DNA of 64,000 nucleotides from Mobula hypostoma (GCF_963921235.1 NC_086097.1:85066001-85130000); one strand, 5' to 3'; counted from the first letter of the stretch, positions 1 through 13,239 are shown. The notes: generated from the sequence alone by a model not told the origin. Translations and numbers: made by a program.

Positions 1-1409
1 TGTCTATGATCCATGATACTTGCCTACAATCTCCACATTGCCAAAAATATTTAAGCTTTTGCTTGTGTTTTATATTCTAACATCCATGCAAGTCATATTG
101 CTTGGAAAATTATAGTGCCTGTTTCAAAAGTCTGTGTCATGTACGAGTTTTGAAGTGAATTATCACCATGAGCAATATGACTGTTCATTTTGCCGTGCTC
201 TGACTTTTGAAGCGTGAAATACCTGATCGGGATTGCACAGGCATCCACACCCTGGAGATAACAAACACCCACAAGGTGGTTCTGGATGAGGAAAGCCTTA
301 CACTTCTTTCATTCATCTATCCAGTGTGCTGCTAAACTCAAACCATTGCTGCCCAAGATTTTTGTCTCCTCTGTGACTTCAGTGTTTACCCCATACATTG
401 ATGCTCCTTTGTCACCTTGTATCTCTCATTGAACTTCTACATTTGAGTATTAATGTCATTACTGAGCCAGTAGTACAGGCAGGTTCTGGACCTCCTTAAG
501 GCAGGCAGTTCAACAAGGTAGCTTAAAGTTATAACAAGTTTGATTAACAAGGAGAAATTTTGTTAATAACATTGTATATAGAGAGGCAAGCCAGATGTCA
601 CATAACATACAGTTGCTGAGTTATTATCAGACCAAATAAAGTGTGTTAGGTAAAGTTACTACACCAGTGTAATAAAGCACATCAGTGCCTCAGGTTCACA
701 TGGAGATTTAAGACCAGCCATTCAAATACCACAAGCTCAAGTAACGCAAATTGGGTTAAATAAAATGCTAAAGCAATGATTCACACAAAGGCCTACACCC
801 TCCTTCCCTTATGGACTAGACACTAGCCCAAGCACATGTGGGCAGCACACTTTTAAGGCCACCTGAGGAGGAAGGTCCCATGCTATTTTTCCTCCAGCTG
901 GAAACAACAGGCACAATTCTCTGTTCCACCTGGTTGCTATAAGTAACATAAGCATAAAGCACACGAAATCAACTTTCTAGGTTGAAGAACATTCTGCCTC
1001 CAGTCTTGCTACAGAACCTGGGCCCGGTTACTGGTGATCAGCCTTTTTGGTGTTCTCTATACTGTACTATTCTAGACCTTCTCTCCTATTCTCAATGGTC
1101 AGGACTGGATGCAGTGTCCTAGGTTTCGACTGACAACTTGATCCATATTTCCACTATCTTGAGCCCTTACTTCAGTGATGTAAGCATCTGTTGCACTCCA
1201 GTGTTTACATTGCCATGCTGAATATTTAGATCCCCTCTATTATGATTTTATACGTCTTTCTTGAGCCTGCTGCTGGAGGTTTTTGCTTCTTAAATAAGAA
1301 GATGTGTACTTTCCATACAAGATTCACCAGCAACACATGAAATGTTGGAGGAACTTGTCAGGCCTGGCAGCACCTGTACAGACGACGTTTCAGGCTGAGA
1401 CCCTTCATG

Positions 1410-1750
1410 AAGATTCACCAGACTTGTTTCAGGGATGGCAAGTTTGTATACGAGGAGAGATTAAGTAGATTGGGCTGTATTTATTAGAGTTTGGTAAAGT
1501 GAGAGGGGATTTTATCAAACTTACAACATTCAGCAGTAAGCATGCTTGCCCTGGTTGAGGGATCTTGAACCAGAGGGCACAGTTTCTGAAGAAGGGGTAG
1601 AGGGCATTTAAGTCTGAGTGAGAAATTTATTTGCTCAGAGGCTGGTGAACCTTTGGATTTCTATACCCAGGAGATCTGTGAAGGTACAATCATTCAACTC
1701 ATCCAAAAGAGAAATTGATGGATGTCCAAATATTAAGAAGATGAAGGAAT
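1410..1750 (+). mobile_element. CR1-type LINE 3' fragment (decayed)
   Basis: Degenerate RFTRL.PG / LGLYSLE / RGDFI motifs typical of the CR1 ORF2 C-terminus; similar to the CR1 3' ends at 40300-40700 and 17117-17470. Confidence 0.7.
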
Positions 1751-1759
1751 ATATTTATT

Positions 1760-2020
1760 TAGGAATACAGCGTGGAATGGCCTCTTCCGGCCTTTGAGCC
1801 ATGCCGCCCAGAAACCTCCGACTTAGCCCCAGCCTAATCACAGGACAATTTACAATGACCAATTAACCTACTGATCGGTAAGTCTTTGGACTGTGGGAGG
1901 AAACTGGAGCACCTGGAGGAAACCCACACGCTCACAGGAAGAACGTACAAAGCTTTCTAATAGAGGACGCCAGAATTCAGCTCTGAACTCCAGCACCCTG
2001 AGGTATAATAGCATGGCTGC
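1760..2020 (-). mobile_element. SINE (V-SINE/HE1-like)
   Basis: Contains caatttacaatgaccaattaacc...ggagcacctggaggaaacccacacgctcacaggaagaacgtacaaa, the same core seen at 6060-6290, 16260-16475 and, inverted, at 20133-20395. Confidence 0.7.
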
Positions 2021-2029
2021 AGAGGGTTG

Positions 2030-2990
2030 TGGAGCTCAGCATTCAACACAATCATACCCTCGGTTCTAATCAACAAGCTCCAAAACTTGGGCCTCTGTAC
2101 TTCCCTCTGCAACTGGATCCCTGACTTCCTTACTGGGCGACCACTGTCAGTGTGAATCACAAATGATATCTCCTCCTTGCTGACAGTCAACACTGGCACA
2201 CCTCAAGGATGCATACTTAGGCCACTGATCTACTCTCTCTACACCCATAATTGTGTGGCTAGGCCCACACCTATAAATTTGCTGAAGACACAACTATTAT
2301 TGGCAGAGTTTCAGATGATGGTGGGGAGGCATGCAGGAGTGAGATCAGCTGGTTGAGTGGTGTCACAGTAACAACAATCTTGCACTCAACATCAGTTAGA
2401 CCAAGGAATTGACTGTGGATGTCAGGAAAGGGAAGTCGAGGGTACACATGCCAATCCTCATCGAGGGAAAGGGTGAGCAGTTTCAAGTTTCTGGGTGTCA
2501 ACATCCCTGAAGATCTATCCTGAGCCACACATACCGATGCAATTACCAAAAAAAAGGCATGACAGTGGCTATATTTCACTCGGGAGTTTGAGGAAACTTG
2601 GTGTGTCACCAAAGACACTTGCAAATCTCTACAGATGTGCTGTGGGGAGCATTCTAACTGGTACAGAGGGGCCAGTGCGCAGGATCAGAAAAAGCTGCAG
2701 AAAGATGTAAACTCACTTGGCTCCATCATGGGCACTAGCCTCCCCAGCATCGAGGATACCTTCAAAAGGTGATGTTTCAAAAAGGCGACGCCCATCATTA
2801 AGGGCCCCCAGGACACGCCCACTTCTCATTGCTACTATTAAACAGAAGGTACAGGAGTTTGAAGACATACTGAATGTTTCAGGAAGAGCTCCTTCTCCTC
2901 TGCCATTAGATTTCTGAATGGACAATGAATGCATGAGCACTCTCTCAGTTTTTTTTTGGCTCAGTTTTTGCACTACGTACTTACTTAATT
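2030..2990 (+). mobile_element. Rex1/Babar- or L2-type LINE RT 3' fragment (decayed)
   Basis: Broken frames read FNTIIP..LINKL..LG...LCNWI.DFLTGRP, GTPQG and YKFAEDTTI; homologous to 38318-39458 and 46160-49715. Confidence 0.75.
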
Positions 2991-2994
2991 GTGC

Positions 2995-3715
2995 CATTCA
3001 CCTCCTCCTTCACCTCCATTAGGATCCCCAGGATGTCCTTTCGGGTGATTCTGCGAATCTGCTGCGGCCATTTATTGTGTCTGGTGCTCCCGTTGCAGGC
3101 TCCTGTGTGTTGGTGAGAGCTGTTGTAAATTGGGGGAACCACTTCGTCAAGTACCTCCACCCCATCTGCCACATGCAGGACTTCCCATTGGCCAAACATT
3201 TTAATTCCCATTCCAACAATGTCGATCCATAGCCTCCTCTTGCGGCAAGATGAGGATGGACACAGGGTTGAGAAGCAACACCTTATATTCCGCAGCCTCC
3301 AGAATGATGGCACAAATATTATCTCTCCCTCCGGTAAACAAATTCCCACCCCACCTACCTCTAGTCCCCACTCTGACCTTTTACCTCTTCTCACATGCCT
3401 ATTAGTTCTCCCGGGTCCCCTCCTCCTTCCCTTTCTCTTATGGACCACTTTCCCCTCCCTTCACATTCTTTCTTTTCCAGCCCTTGACCTTTGCCACCCA
3501 CCCGCCTTCACCTATCACTTTCCAGCTAGCCTCCTTCATCCCCCCCCCCATTTATTCTGGCATCTTCCCCCTTTCTTCTCAGTCCTGAAGAAGGGTCTCG
3601 ACCGAAACATCGACTATCGATTCATTTCCATGGATGCTGCCTGACCTGCTGAGTTCCTCCAGCATTTTATGTGTGTTGCTTTGTATTTCCAGCATCTGCA
3701 GTTCTTCTCACGTTT
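2995..3715 (+). mobile_element. Penelope-like element 3' fragment (GIY-YIG end + terminal repeat), older subfamily
   Basis: ORF 3219..3644 begins MSIHSLL...EKQHLIFRSLQNDGTNI, matching the C-terminus of ORF 22595..23719; a pyrimidine-rich tail and hammerhead motif follow. Confidence 0.85.
3581..3615 (+). ncRNA. minimal type I hammerhead ribozyme motif (PLE terminal repeat)
   Basis: AGTC-CTGAAGA-agggtctcgacc-GAAA-C-ATC-GACT: CUGANGA and GAAA cores, stem I AGTC/GACT, NUH triplet AUC. Confidence 0.6.
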
Positions 3716-4192
3716 ATTGTAATTTGTAGGTTTTTTAAAAAAAAAATTGTTATTTATTGCAAAGTACTGCTGCGGCAAAATAGCAAATTTCACAACATGT
3801 GCCAGAGATGTTAAGGCTGAGTCTGATTCTGCCACTCCATCATGGGCAACCCTTCCGATCGTTGAGGACATCTTCCTAAAGTGGTGCTTCAGTAAGTTGG
3901 TATTCACCACCGAGGATCTTCACTGTCCAAGACATGACCCTTTCTCATTACTAACATCAGAAAGGAACTACTGGCACTTGAAGACTCAGTCTCAATGATC
4001 TAAGAACAATTTTTTTTCTCCTCCACCTTCAGATTTCTAAATGGCCCATGAACCCATGAGCACCACCTTGTTATTCTTGTTCTGCACGATTTAATTATTC
4101 TTGTAATTTATAGATGTTTTTGCCTGTACTGCTGCAATAAAACAAAAAAATTCACATCATATCTCAGTGATAATAGATCTGATTCTGATTCG

Positions 4193-4765
4193 AGAGGACT
4201 AAGATATAAAAGCAAGGATGTAACGCTGAGGTTTTATAAGGCACTGGTCAGGCTGCACTTGGAGTAATGGGAGCAGTTTTGGGTTCCTTATCTAAGAAAG
4301 GATGCACTAGCTTTGGAGAGGGTGGAGAGGAGGTTCACAAGAATGATCCTTAGAATGAAAGGGCCATTTGATGGCTCTGGGCCTGTACTTGCTGGAGATT
4401 AGAAGAACGAAGAAGGATCTAATTGAAACCTGTCGAGTATTAAAAGACCTATATACAGTGGATATGCAGAGGATGCTACCCATAGCAGGGGAGTCTAAGG
4501 CCGGAGGACACAGCCTCAGAATACAAAGACAGACCTTAAAACAGAGTTGAGAAGGAATTTCTTGAGCCAGAGGGTGGTGAGTCTATAGATGGCTGTGGAG
4601 GCCTGGTCATTGGGTATACTGTATTTAAAGCTGAGGTTGGTAGGTTTTTGTTTAGTAAGGGTGTCAAAGGTTATAGGATGAAGGCAGGAGAATGGGGCTG
4701 AGAGGGATAATGAATCAGCCATGATAGAATGGCCTAATTCTGCTCCTGTGTCTTACGGTCTTATC
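4193..4765 (+). mobile_element. CR1 LINE 3' fragment
   Basis: YKSKDV.LRFYKALVR.HLE, LERVERRFTRMI motifs and a tcttacggtctta-type tail. Confidence 0.8.
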
Positions 4766-5261
4766 CCACTATCTCAGAATGGGACAGTCCAGCATCATTC
4801 TCTATTACCCATGTGAAGATTTTCCCAGAGGCAGTTTTACACCACCAACAAAAATGTTTTATTTAAGACATTAAAAAAAATAAACTTCAATGTCAAGTAT
4901 ATTGTCATGTACACAAGCTCGTATATGTGCAGGTTCAATGAAAAACTTACTTCATCTGCAATTCAGGCACATAAGACCGTAAGATATAGGAGCAGAATTA
5001 GGACATTTGTCCCGTTGAGTCTGCTGTGCTGTTTCATCATGGCTGATGCATTCCTCTCTCAGCCCCAATCTCCTGCCTTCTCCCCGCAGCCCTTCATGCA
5101 CTGACTAATCAAGAATCTATCAACATCTGTCTTAAAAATACCGTGACCTGACATAGCATAATATAAATGGCATTCTTAAAAAAGTTAAACATAAACATTA
5201 ATAAAGAACACAATTAAAATAAAAATAAGGCCATTGTAGTGCAAAGTGATCAAAGTGGTGC

Positions 5262-5469
5262 AATACACACAAAATGCTGGAGGAACTCAGCAGGTCAGGC
5301 AGCATCCATGGAAATGAATAAACAGTCGACATTTCAGCCTGAGACCTTTCATCAGGACAAGGCCTGAAATCTTGACTGTTCAATCATTTCCATAGATGCT
5401 GCTTGAGTTCTTCCAGCATTTTGTGTGCATTGCTTTAGATTTCCAGCATCTGCAGAATTTTCCGTGTTT
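5262..5469. mobile_element. Short fold-back insertion of two inverted PLE terminal-repeat ends
   Basis: cacacaaaatgctggaggaactcagcagg... followed by its inverted counterpart ...ccagcattttgtgtg...; flanked by GTGGTGC at 5255-5261 and 5470-5476 (7 bp TSD). Confidence 0.7.
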
Positions 5470-6059
5470 GTGGTGCTGCTACACTGATTGAAAGGAAGTA
5501 GCTGTTCTTGAACGTGGTGGAGTGGAACTTTGGGCTTCCGTACCTCCTTTCTGATGGCAACACAAGAAGGCAAAGTTCTGTTACAGGGCATTTTTGATGA
5601 TGGATATTGCCTTCTTGAGTTAGCACCTCATGTAGATACTACCATATACTTGATCTGCAGATTTGGTGGTTAGACTTTGTTTTGGTCTCTTTAATCGTGA
5701 GAGTTGCCCATAGTGATCTTCAGGTGGGTCTGTATCTGTGTGAGTTAATGGACAGCAATATACTATTGGTGGCTGATATGTTCCTGCCAGTTTCTGGCTC
5801 AACAAATTGGCTTAAAGTAACTCACTCCTCTCCCAAATTTAGGAACCCCTGACCGTTTGATTGAACTCTTGGAGACAGAGCCCCCTGCTCCCCAGTTTAT
5901 CGATTTCCACATACCTGGCTTTCCTATGGCAGGCATTGGAGACATTTCCTAAAATGAGGTATAATGGTGCATGCTATGGAAGAGATTACATTGCTGGGCT
6001 AATCCGGAGGCACCAGTTCAAATACAGCATGGCAGATTTACAACCATCCAGTTGACACC

Positions 6060-6290
6060 AGTTCACGAAGTGATCCGTTGTCCCCGTAACCAATTCTCTT
6101 ACTTTCCCACACACTAAGGGCATTTTATAATGGCCAATTAACCTAGCAATCTGCTTTGTGAAATGAGAGGAAACTGAAGCTCCTGGAGAAAACCCAACCA
6201 TTCCCAGGGAGAACATGCAAACTCCACACAGACAGCACCCCAGCTCAGGATTTATCAAATGTCTTTGGCGTTCTGAAGCAGGAGCTTTAC
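6060..6290 (-). mobile_element. SINE (V-SINE/HE1-like), decayed
   Basis: ggccaattaacct...ggagaaaaccca...ggagaacatgcaaactccacacagacagcac core. Confidence 0.6.
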
Positions 6291-7744
6291 TGGCTGAATA
6301 TAATGTAAAGTCACTGAATAAATTTGGAATTAAATGTAGTCTCAAATAACCATGCAGCAGCCAGACTGCTGTCAAACCCACCTCTTTCTCTTTCAGGAAA
6401 GTAATCTAGTATCTCTACTTTATTTAGCTTATCTGGAGTTACTTACCCATCATTGTGGATGACTCTGAATTGCCTCCACACATCGGGGAAAATTAGGGAT
6501 GGGAAATGAATTCTGGCAAGTCAGCGACAGCTGCACTCCATGTATAAGTAAAGAAATGACAAAGCAATTGTGAATAATAAACAGTAATAGTTTGGTATAT
6601 TAACTGCAGAAACTTGTAGAGTGAAAAAAATGTCCAAGACATTAACCACCCAATATACTGCCTCCATCAGCATTTGTGATTTTGCAAGCTTCATGTTAAA
6701 TTCCTTGCACTGTTCCTCTCACAATCCTTTAAATTATATTGCAACTTTTTTAAAAAAGTCTATCACTCTGCATCCCCTGTGTAGAAGGTTAGTATTACCA
6801 GAACATCTGACGCATAGTGTATGAGTGCAGAGTTCAGTTAAATGAGTTATAGCTTTCTGGAGCTTGATAAAATTAGTCGGTACTTAAAACATAGGCTTCA
6901 AATGAATTGGATTGAGATTTCCCTTGAGTCTCAAGTGCTTTGAGTCTCTGTACCAGGGAACATTAAATTATATGTAATATGTATTGTGACTTGTTTTTTC
7001 CAGCACGTATACTTATTAAACTTATGGAGATTGTGTTGCCTTAATGAATGTGTGCAAAGATGGTTGCCATAGATACAGGACAGGATTATGGGTTCCAAAT
7101 CTAGAATCTGATGAGGTGGTAGGCCATCAGTGTAGTTCCTCAGTAGAAGTGCCTAGAGCAGGGTAAACAGCACACTAGCAGCAAATAATTGCCATATTAT
7201 TATTTAAATATTATTCTAAATGGAAGACTTTCTTAGTTTTGTCTGTGCTGTATTAAAATGTTTCAACACTGATAACCCTGACAAGAGTGTTAGGATGTCT
7301 GCAAACGCTCAGTGTGCGGGGGCAATTTAATGGGTATTCCATGTCAATATATCTTTCCTGTGCAATTATGTTTAATTAAAATGAGTTGCAAGATCCTCTG
7401 ATTGCCACTGAGTATTAAACTACTCTTCCAACAGCCCTGCTACTCCCTCTACCAGTAATTGCTGGTGCATCTGAAACATTATAAACTTTGATTGTCATGG
7501 TGGCAAGCTATCTCATTTGTTTTGCTCAAGTTAGTGGCCTGTCAAGCCCCGGAAGGGTATCTTGTTCTTTTTCAATTGTCATTAAATTAATTTATGAAGG
7601 AAAAATTATATTTTGCTATCAGCTTTTAGTAGCTGAACTAAAAATAGACGATACTGTTCTGTCTGAACGATGCGTCATTACGAAAGAACGATGTGCCATT
7701 TTCGAATTTGAACCCGTTACAAGTATAGATGAATACTTTATAAG

Positions 7745-8170
7745 AGAACACACAAAATGCTGGAAAAACTGGGTGAGGCAGCATCAGTGGAGGGAAATAG
7801 ACAGTCAGTGTGTAAGCCATCAGCTCTTGTTCCCCCCAAAAATATTTTTTATACTGGCTCTGATGGGAAAAAAGAAGGGAGAAAGCATAAAGTGTTGGGG
7901 GAAAGGGTAGAGCAGGAGTTGCAGGGTGAGAGATGGATCCAGGTGAAGTGGGAAGGGGATTGATAGGCAGGTGAGGGAAGGGAAGAGTGAGAACGATGTA
8001 CAAAGCTGGGAGGTGATAGGTGGAAGTACAATGGGCTGAAGAAAATAGAATCTGATAGGAGAAGATCGTGGACCATGGAATACAGGGAAGGAGGTGAAGA
8101 GAGGAACCAGGAGTAGGAATGTTGTGAGAGTTGAGTTGATTGAGAGAGTGGGAGGGGGAAGGAGATAGGG
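7745..8170 (-). mobile_element. Old Penelope-like terminal repeat fragment
   Basis: acacacaaaatgctgg...ggcagcatc start and a purine-rich body homologous to the PLE tails. Confidence 0.65.
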
Positions 8171-9414
8171 TAATTGGGCCAGTGGATTACGAGAAAAATG
8201 GGGACAGAGCGGTTAACGTTGTGAAGATCTCCCTGCTCCACTCCAATACCTTAATTACTGCAGCAGAAAGTAGGATGTGCAATCATAGAGGGACTGGATC
8301 CAAAAGGGGACTTATCCTTTGAGATTTCAATGAGAAATATTGATATTATAAATGTAGCACCATGGGATCATAAAAGCTCAAAACTTGACGTATAAATAGT
8401 GGATTGTTTGTAGGACAAAGTACAGAGTTGGATTACATTGTTCTGTTTAGGTTGATAGTTGGTGGGGTGCCACAGAGCATATTACTCAGTCCTCATTGTT
8501 ATTCTTTGGATTTCCTGGTCAGCTACTTGCATATATTCAGCACAAGATAAAAAAAAAAGATTGAAGAACGTTCTTGAGGAATCACAACATCCCCACTGAG
8601 TCCTCTGAATTTATGTCTCAAAGTGGAGAAGAAGCATTTGTGATGTCATTGAAAACCTAGGGCCAGGTTTTGTGATGGTAGTGGGTTTGCTGACCATAAA
8701 GTTCTAAACCCAAATGAAGATCTTAAGCTCTATCGGACATAAATAGCTACAAGTACTCTCTCTAAAGGGAGATTATACTGTAGTTACCCAATCTTCAAAG
8801 CCTAGCTCACTTCCTTGTTTTTTCTCCAAAGCAAGTTTAGCTGTCAATGCCCTCTATTCAAGTGGCGGTTCCCCTCTACTTCCCAGTGATAGATATTTGA
8901 ATCCAAACAACACTCTTAAAACACGTTTAAAACTCACAGAGAATTTCTAGCTTAAGCATTTCCAAATTACAAACCATTTTGAAAACACACATACAATTCT
9001 TATAAGCTAAAGAGACATAAAAATGATGTAGATGAACAAATCGTCCATTGCAGAAACTGAAGCCGAGAAATGGACTCCAGTTCACTGCGTGTTTCTTCCG
9101 TGCTTTTTTTTAAACTCCGCTCCTAATAAGCCTGAACTGCTCTAGATATTTATATCCTTTTTCTACCATTTTAGTTCCTCAGATAACCTTCTAACAAAAA
9201 TGGTCCAAAGACCTAGACATACAGTAGATCTTAGCTAATGCTGTACATAAAACTCCCAATGTTAATAGACCAGTTATTTGAAATGCTAAATGATTGCTTC
9301 CATCTGGTCTGTCAGCTTCCTTGAACTAAACAACTTAGTCAGCTTTATTTGTTTAGAAACAAGCCAAATTAAACAACCCACTGTCTTATACTGCACTCTT
9401 GAGTAGCAAGACAG

Positions 9415-9818
9415 TGTAATAAGCTCTTCAGGCCTGTTTGGGGAGCCAGAGAGCATTGGGCTCCGAGGTTTTTCGAGCATCTGAATAGGTTACATGTTGT
9501 TTAATGAGAGTTGTTAATTGTGAAGAGTTCCTTGAGTTTTTTCACGAGTCTCTCCCTTTTTGTAATGCAGTCTCCTGGTACTTTCTGTTTAAATAAACTT
9601 GATAAGTTTATTTTGTTACTTGTATTATTTAAGTGGCGCCCGATTAGCGCTAATCATGGGGTCCTAGTTTTGAAAATGTTACATCTTGTGGTGTTGTTCG
9701 GTCGAGGCACTAATGTTCTGTTGGAATTTTTCTGAATAAGCTCTGGTCACCGTCTCTACAGTGGAGCCTGTCTTTCCTCTGCACTTAGGTTCCGACATTG
9801 CCAGTGTACATCGCGACA
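9415..9818 (+). mobile_element. Putative solo LTR (copy 1)
   Basis: About 400 bp, TGTAAT...GACA termini, internal AATAAA; aligns end to end with the reverse complement of 54945-55355. Confidence 0.65.
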
Positions 9819-10399
9819 GATGGGGGCTATGTTTTTAACTTCAAGCTGATTACTGCTTTCCATTTACGTTTTAAGAACTGGAGACTGACTACCATTTACG
9901 ACTAGAAGTCAAGCAAAATATTTTGTTCAATTTTTACTTCAGTCTGTTTGTGATCTAACCAGTGGCAGCTGCTGTGTTTAGAAAGCGAGCTTTCTAAATA
10001 ACCATCACAGCCTTGCATGTATAGCATCCCTGGGGTGCACAACTTTACAAACTACATGGCCACCCTATCAGCCACCTCCTGCTCCATCTGTGGATGAGTT
10101 TGTGGCTTCTACATGGGCTTCATTAACTCACGTACAAAACTGGAGTGGAAGTTACATCTTTGATTCTGGGGCACTTGCTTAGAAGAAGGTTTCAAAACTA
10201 GTCTTTTGGAAGCTAACAGCACCAGCATCAGCAAAGGCAGGGGTTTGGCCCAGAGCATCACCGGGCACTCTTAAGGATTTATGTTTGTTGGATTTATGAT
10301 CTATATTATATATTTTTTTAAAAGGTTCCCCAGAAGAGGTCAAATTTAATTTCCTCCACCTGCACTTAACAGAAAATAACCCTCTATAACATGTTAATA

Positions 10400-11130
10400 G
10401 ATTGGTAGTTTTTGTATCTAGGAAGCTGAAATACATTAGGATTGGAGTACTGCTATAACTGTACAAATTCCTGCTGAGACCACCTGAAGTAGAAAGAGAA
10501 ATTGGGCACCATACCTTAGAAATGGTATATTGTCCTTGAAGGAGGTGCGGTCCAAGTGTATTAGAATACAATCTGGACTTCATAAGGTGACTTCTGCAGA
10601 GAGACTGTGGGACCCAAGCTTTTCTCCTTGAAATTTAGAAAGAAAATTCTATTGAAGGTGTTAAGATGTTAAGGGGAATGACAAACGATCTGCTGAAGGA
10701 ACTCAGCAGGTCGAGCCAAATAGGAATTGTTCTGGGTGGAAACCCTGCATCAGCACTGTTCATTACTCCATATTCCAGCTTCTGCAGTCTCTCATGTCCT
10801 TGTAAAGAGGATCTTATGGGGTAAAGAGAAAGTATTTTTGGTGGTTGGGGTGTTTGGGCCAGAGATCTTGGACTAAATACTAGAGTCAGACTTTGTCAGG
10901 AGTGAAGTTAGACAAGCACATGGTAGAAATTAGTACTTTCTTCTGCAATTATGATTACCGCTCAGTTAATTTTTAACATTATATATAAGATTGTTCTAAC
11001 TTGATTTGAGAACTGTGAAGAAGGGGTAGGTTAATGGAGTTGGATCATATACATTTCAGCCCATATCTAATAAAATAGAAAAAAAATCTAATAATCTCAA
11101 GGAGCAATATGGCCAACATTTCTATTTTAT
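10400..11130 (+). mobile_element. Ancient CR1 3' remnant with a small PLE-end insert (~10680-10800)
   Basis: Degenerate LLYKFLLRP.LE and W.PYLR-like motifs plus a CR1-like tail; highly eroded. Confidence 0.45.
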
Positions 11131-11143
11131 GGTATATATTTAG

Positions 11144-11434
11144 TTAATGGCACTTGTGGGAATATTCTAGAGATACAGGTAGAGAAAAGTGGTCAGAGTA
11201 ATATAATTGTAGTACAGAAAGCCAGAATAGAATTAATGAGCTGAACATTTTTTTTCTGTGTGGCAGTATTCTGCAGCCCTCTGAATCCGATGTTCTTGGC
11301 AAGTTTGATGGGACAATTATCTCCTTTGTAATGCTGGTGGCATTACCACAGGGTATGGATAGGGTCACATCAGAAAATGGAACCACTACAGTTAAATTTC
11401 TCCTCACTTCCTCCCTTATCAATTCATATTTTCT
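11144..11434 (-). CDS. Putative terminal coding exon of Ig-like membrane/GPI glycoprotein gene (RKYELIREEV...YSHKCH*)
   Basis: Strong acceptor ttttaccttccttttcaacag|AGA; 291 nt = 96 codons + TAA, phase 0; two N-glyc sequons (NLT, NAT); hydrophobic MFSSLILFWLSVLQLYY near the end; non-repetitive sequence. Confidence 0.65.
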   Translation of the reverse strand, partial: RKYELIREEVRRNLTVVVPFSDVTLSIPCGNATSITKEIIVPSNLPRTSDSEGCRILPHRKKMFSSLILFWLSVLQLYYSDHFSLPVSLEYSHKCH

Positions 11435-11844
11435 CTGTTGAAAAGGAAGGTAAAATATGTAATCATATCACAATTTATAAAAATGATGAGAAGCAAATGA
11501 AATTATCATTATAAACCTCAAACTTTGTTCCCATCTCTGATCCCACTGGTAATTTTGCATGCAACAGACTTTAAATGCAGGAGGAACTCAGTAGGCCAGG
11601 CAGTGTCTATGTAAAAGAGTTGACATTTCGGGCCAAGACCCTGCACCAGGCCTGCCTTTTTGCATAAATGGTTAAGAGTGCTATAATGGATTTATGGGGT
11701 ATGCCCACAATAAAATGTATCTCAGGGTTGAGTATGGTGACATATATGTATTTGATAAGAAATTTACTTTTTACTTTGAACCGAGGATATTATGCACTTC
11801 TGAAAAAGTTTACCTTTTCCCAGAGTGTTTTGATCTCCCATTTG

Positions 11845-12527
11845 GGAGAGTAACTTGCAGAGCTTGCAGTGGCCATTCCGGTGGTGATGTCTGTTATTTA
11901 TCAAGTAGGGTGCCGTGCGCAATCCTGATTTGATGGAGACGGACGTGAGAGCATGGAGGAACATCTAGTGAAACTTCTGGAATGCCTGCTTTGCTGCTGT
12001 TGCTACTGTGTGGTCCAGAATCTCCAGAGGAGAAGGCCCCGAGTCCTCGGCTTTGCTTGTTGCTCAGTGGCCGGGGGGTGTGGGGGTGCGGGGTCAAAGC
12101 GCTTGGCAGAGGATGGTGCTCAGAGAGGCTGTGTCGGAGGGGCTGGTCGGAGGCTCGAAGTTGTCGGACAGACTCAGAGTCCGCTGCGGTGGGGTTCTTC
12201 CAATGGTGCTGCATCAGCAAGTTGGCGGCGTTTGGAGGTTCATGGCAGGGAGAGTTTCTCCGTTCTGCCGCCTGCGTGAGATGATGAGTCTGTCGGGACT
12301 TTGAGACTTTTTTTTACCGTGCCCATGGTCTGCTCTTTATCAAATTATGGTATTGCTTTGCACTGTTGTAACTATATGTTATAATTATGTGGTTTTGTCA
12401 GTTTTAGTCTTGGTTTGTCCTGTGTTTTTCTTGTGATATCATTCTGGAGGAGCGCTGTATCATTTTTTAATGCATGCATTTCTAAATGACAATAAACGAG
12501 GACTGAGTGTCCTCATAATCTAATCTA
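11845..12527 (+). mobile_element. ~650 bp non-autonomous retroposon family, copy 1
   Basis: Homologous to 50876-51508 (+) and 57040-57685 (-); ends aatgacAATAAA...(taatc)n. Confidence 0.8.
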
Positions 12528-12758
12528 ACTCTGGTGGATTTAATCCTCCAGAGCTGTGAGATAGTTCTTAAAGTACTGTCCAATGCTTTGGAATAATGTT
12601 CTAGTCATATTTTTAAACTCACTTGAGTTCCTTTAAAACCAAATATCATTGTGTGGTCTGGTCTTTTTACAAATACTATGCCTCCAGTTAAAATTGGGAT
12701 AATTTTGATGCAGTCTTTTGGAATTCAATTGGAATTTTAACTGAAGTTATACAAAATA

Positions 12759-13239
12759 GTAAACAACAGGAATTCTGCAGATGCTGGAAATTCAAGCAAC
12801 ACACATAAAAGTTGCTGGTGAACGCAGCAGGCCAGGCAGCATCACTAGGAAGAGGTGCAGTCGACGTTTCAGGCCGAGACCCTTCGTCAGGACTAACTGA
12901 AGGAAGAGTGAGTAAGGGATTTGAAAGTGGGAGGGGGAGGGGGAGATCCAAAATGATAGGAGAAGACAGGAGGGGGAGGGATGGAGCCAAGAGATGGACA
13001 GGTGATAGGCAAAAGGGGATACGAGAGGATCATGGGACAGGAGGTCCGGGAAGAAAGACAAGGAGGGGGGGGTGACCCAGAGGATGGGCAAGGGGTATAT
13101 TCAGAGGGACAGAGGAAGAAAAAGGAGAGTGAGAGAAAGAATGTGTGTATAAAAATAAGTAACAGATGGGGTATGAGGGGGAGGTGGGGCATTAGCGGAA
13201 GTTAGAGAAGTCAATGTTCATGCCATCAGGTTGGAGGCT
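12759..13239 (-). mobile_element. Young Penelope-like terminal repeat (solo), same subfamily as 22571-24111
   Basis: Near-identical to the reverse complement of 28410-28890 and 23670-24110. Confidence 0.9.
12859..12894 (-). ncRNA. minimal type I hammerhead ribozyme motif
   Basis: Minus strand reads AGTC-CTGACGA-AGGgtctcggCCT-GAAA-C-GTC-GACT; intact core, GUC cleavage triplet. Confidence 0.75.

Noticed and set aside
12688..13205. Recurrent ORFs (MLVNAAGQAASLGRG..., MPILWV...) as a multicopy gene family
   Set aside because: They are chance frames through PLE terminal repeats, repeated only because the repeat is.
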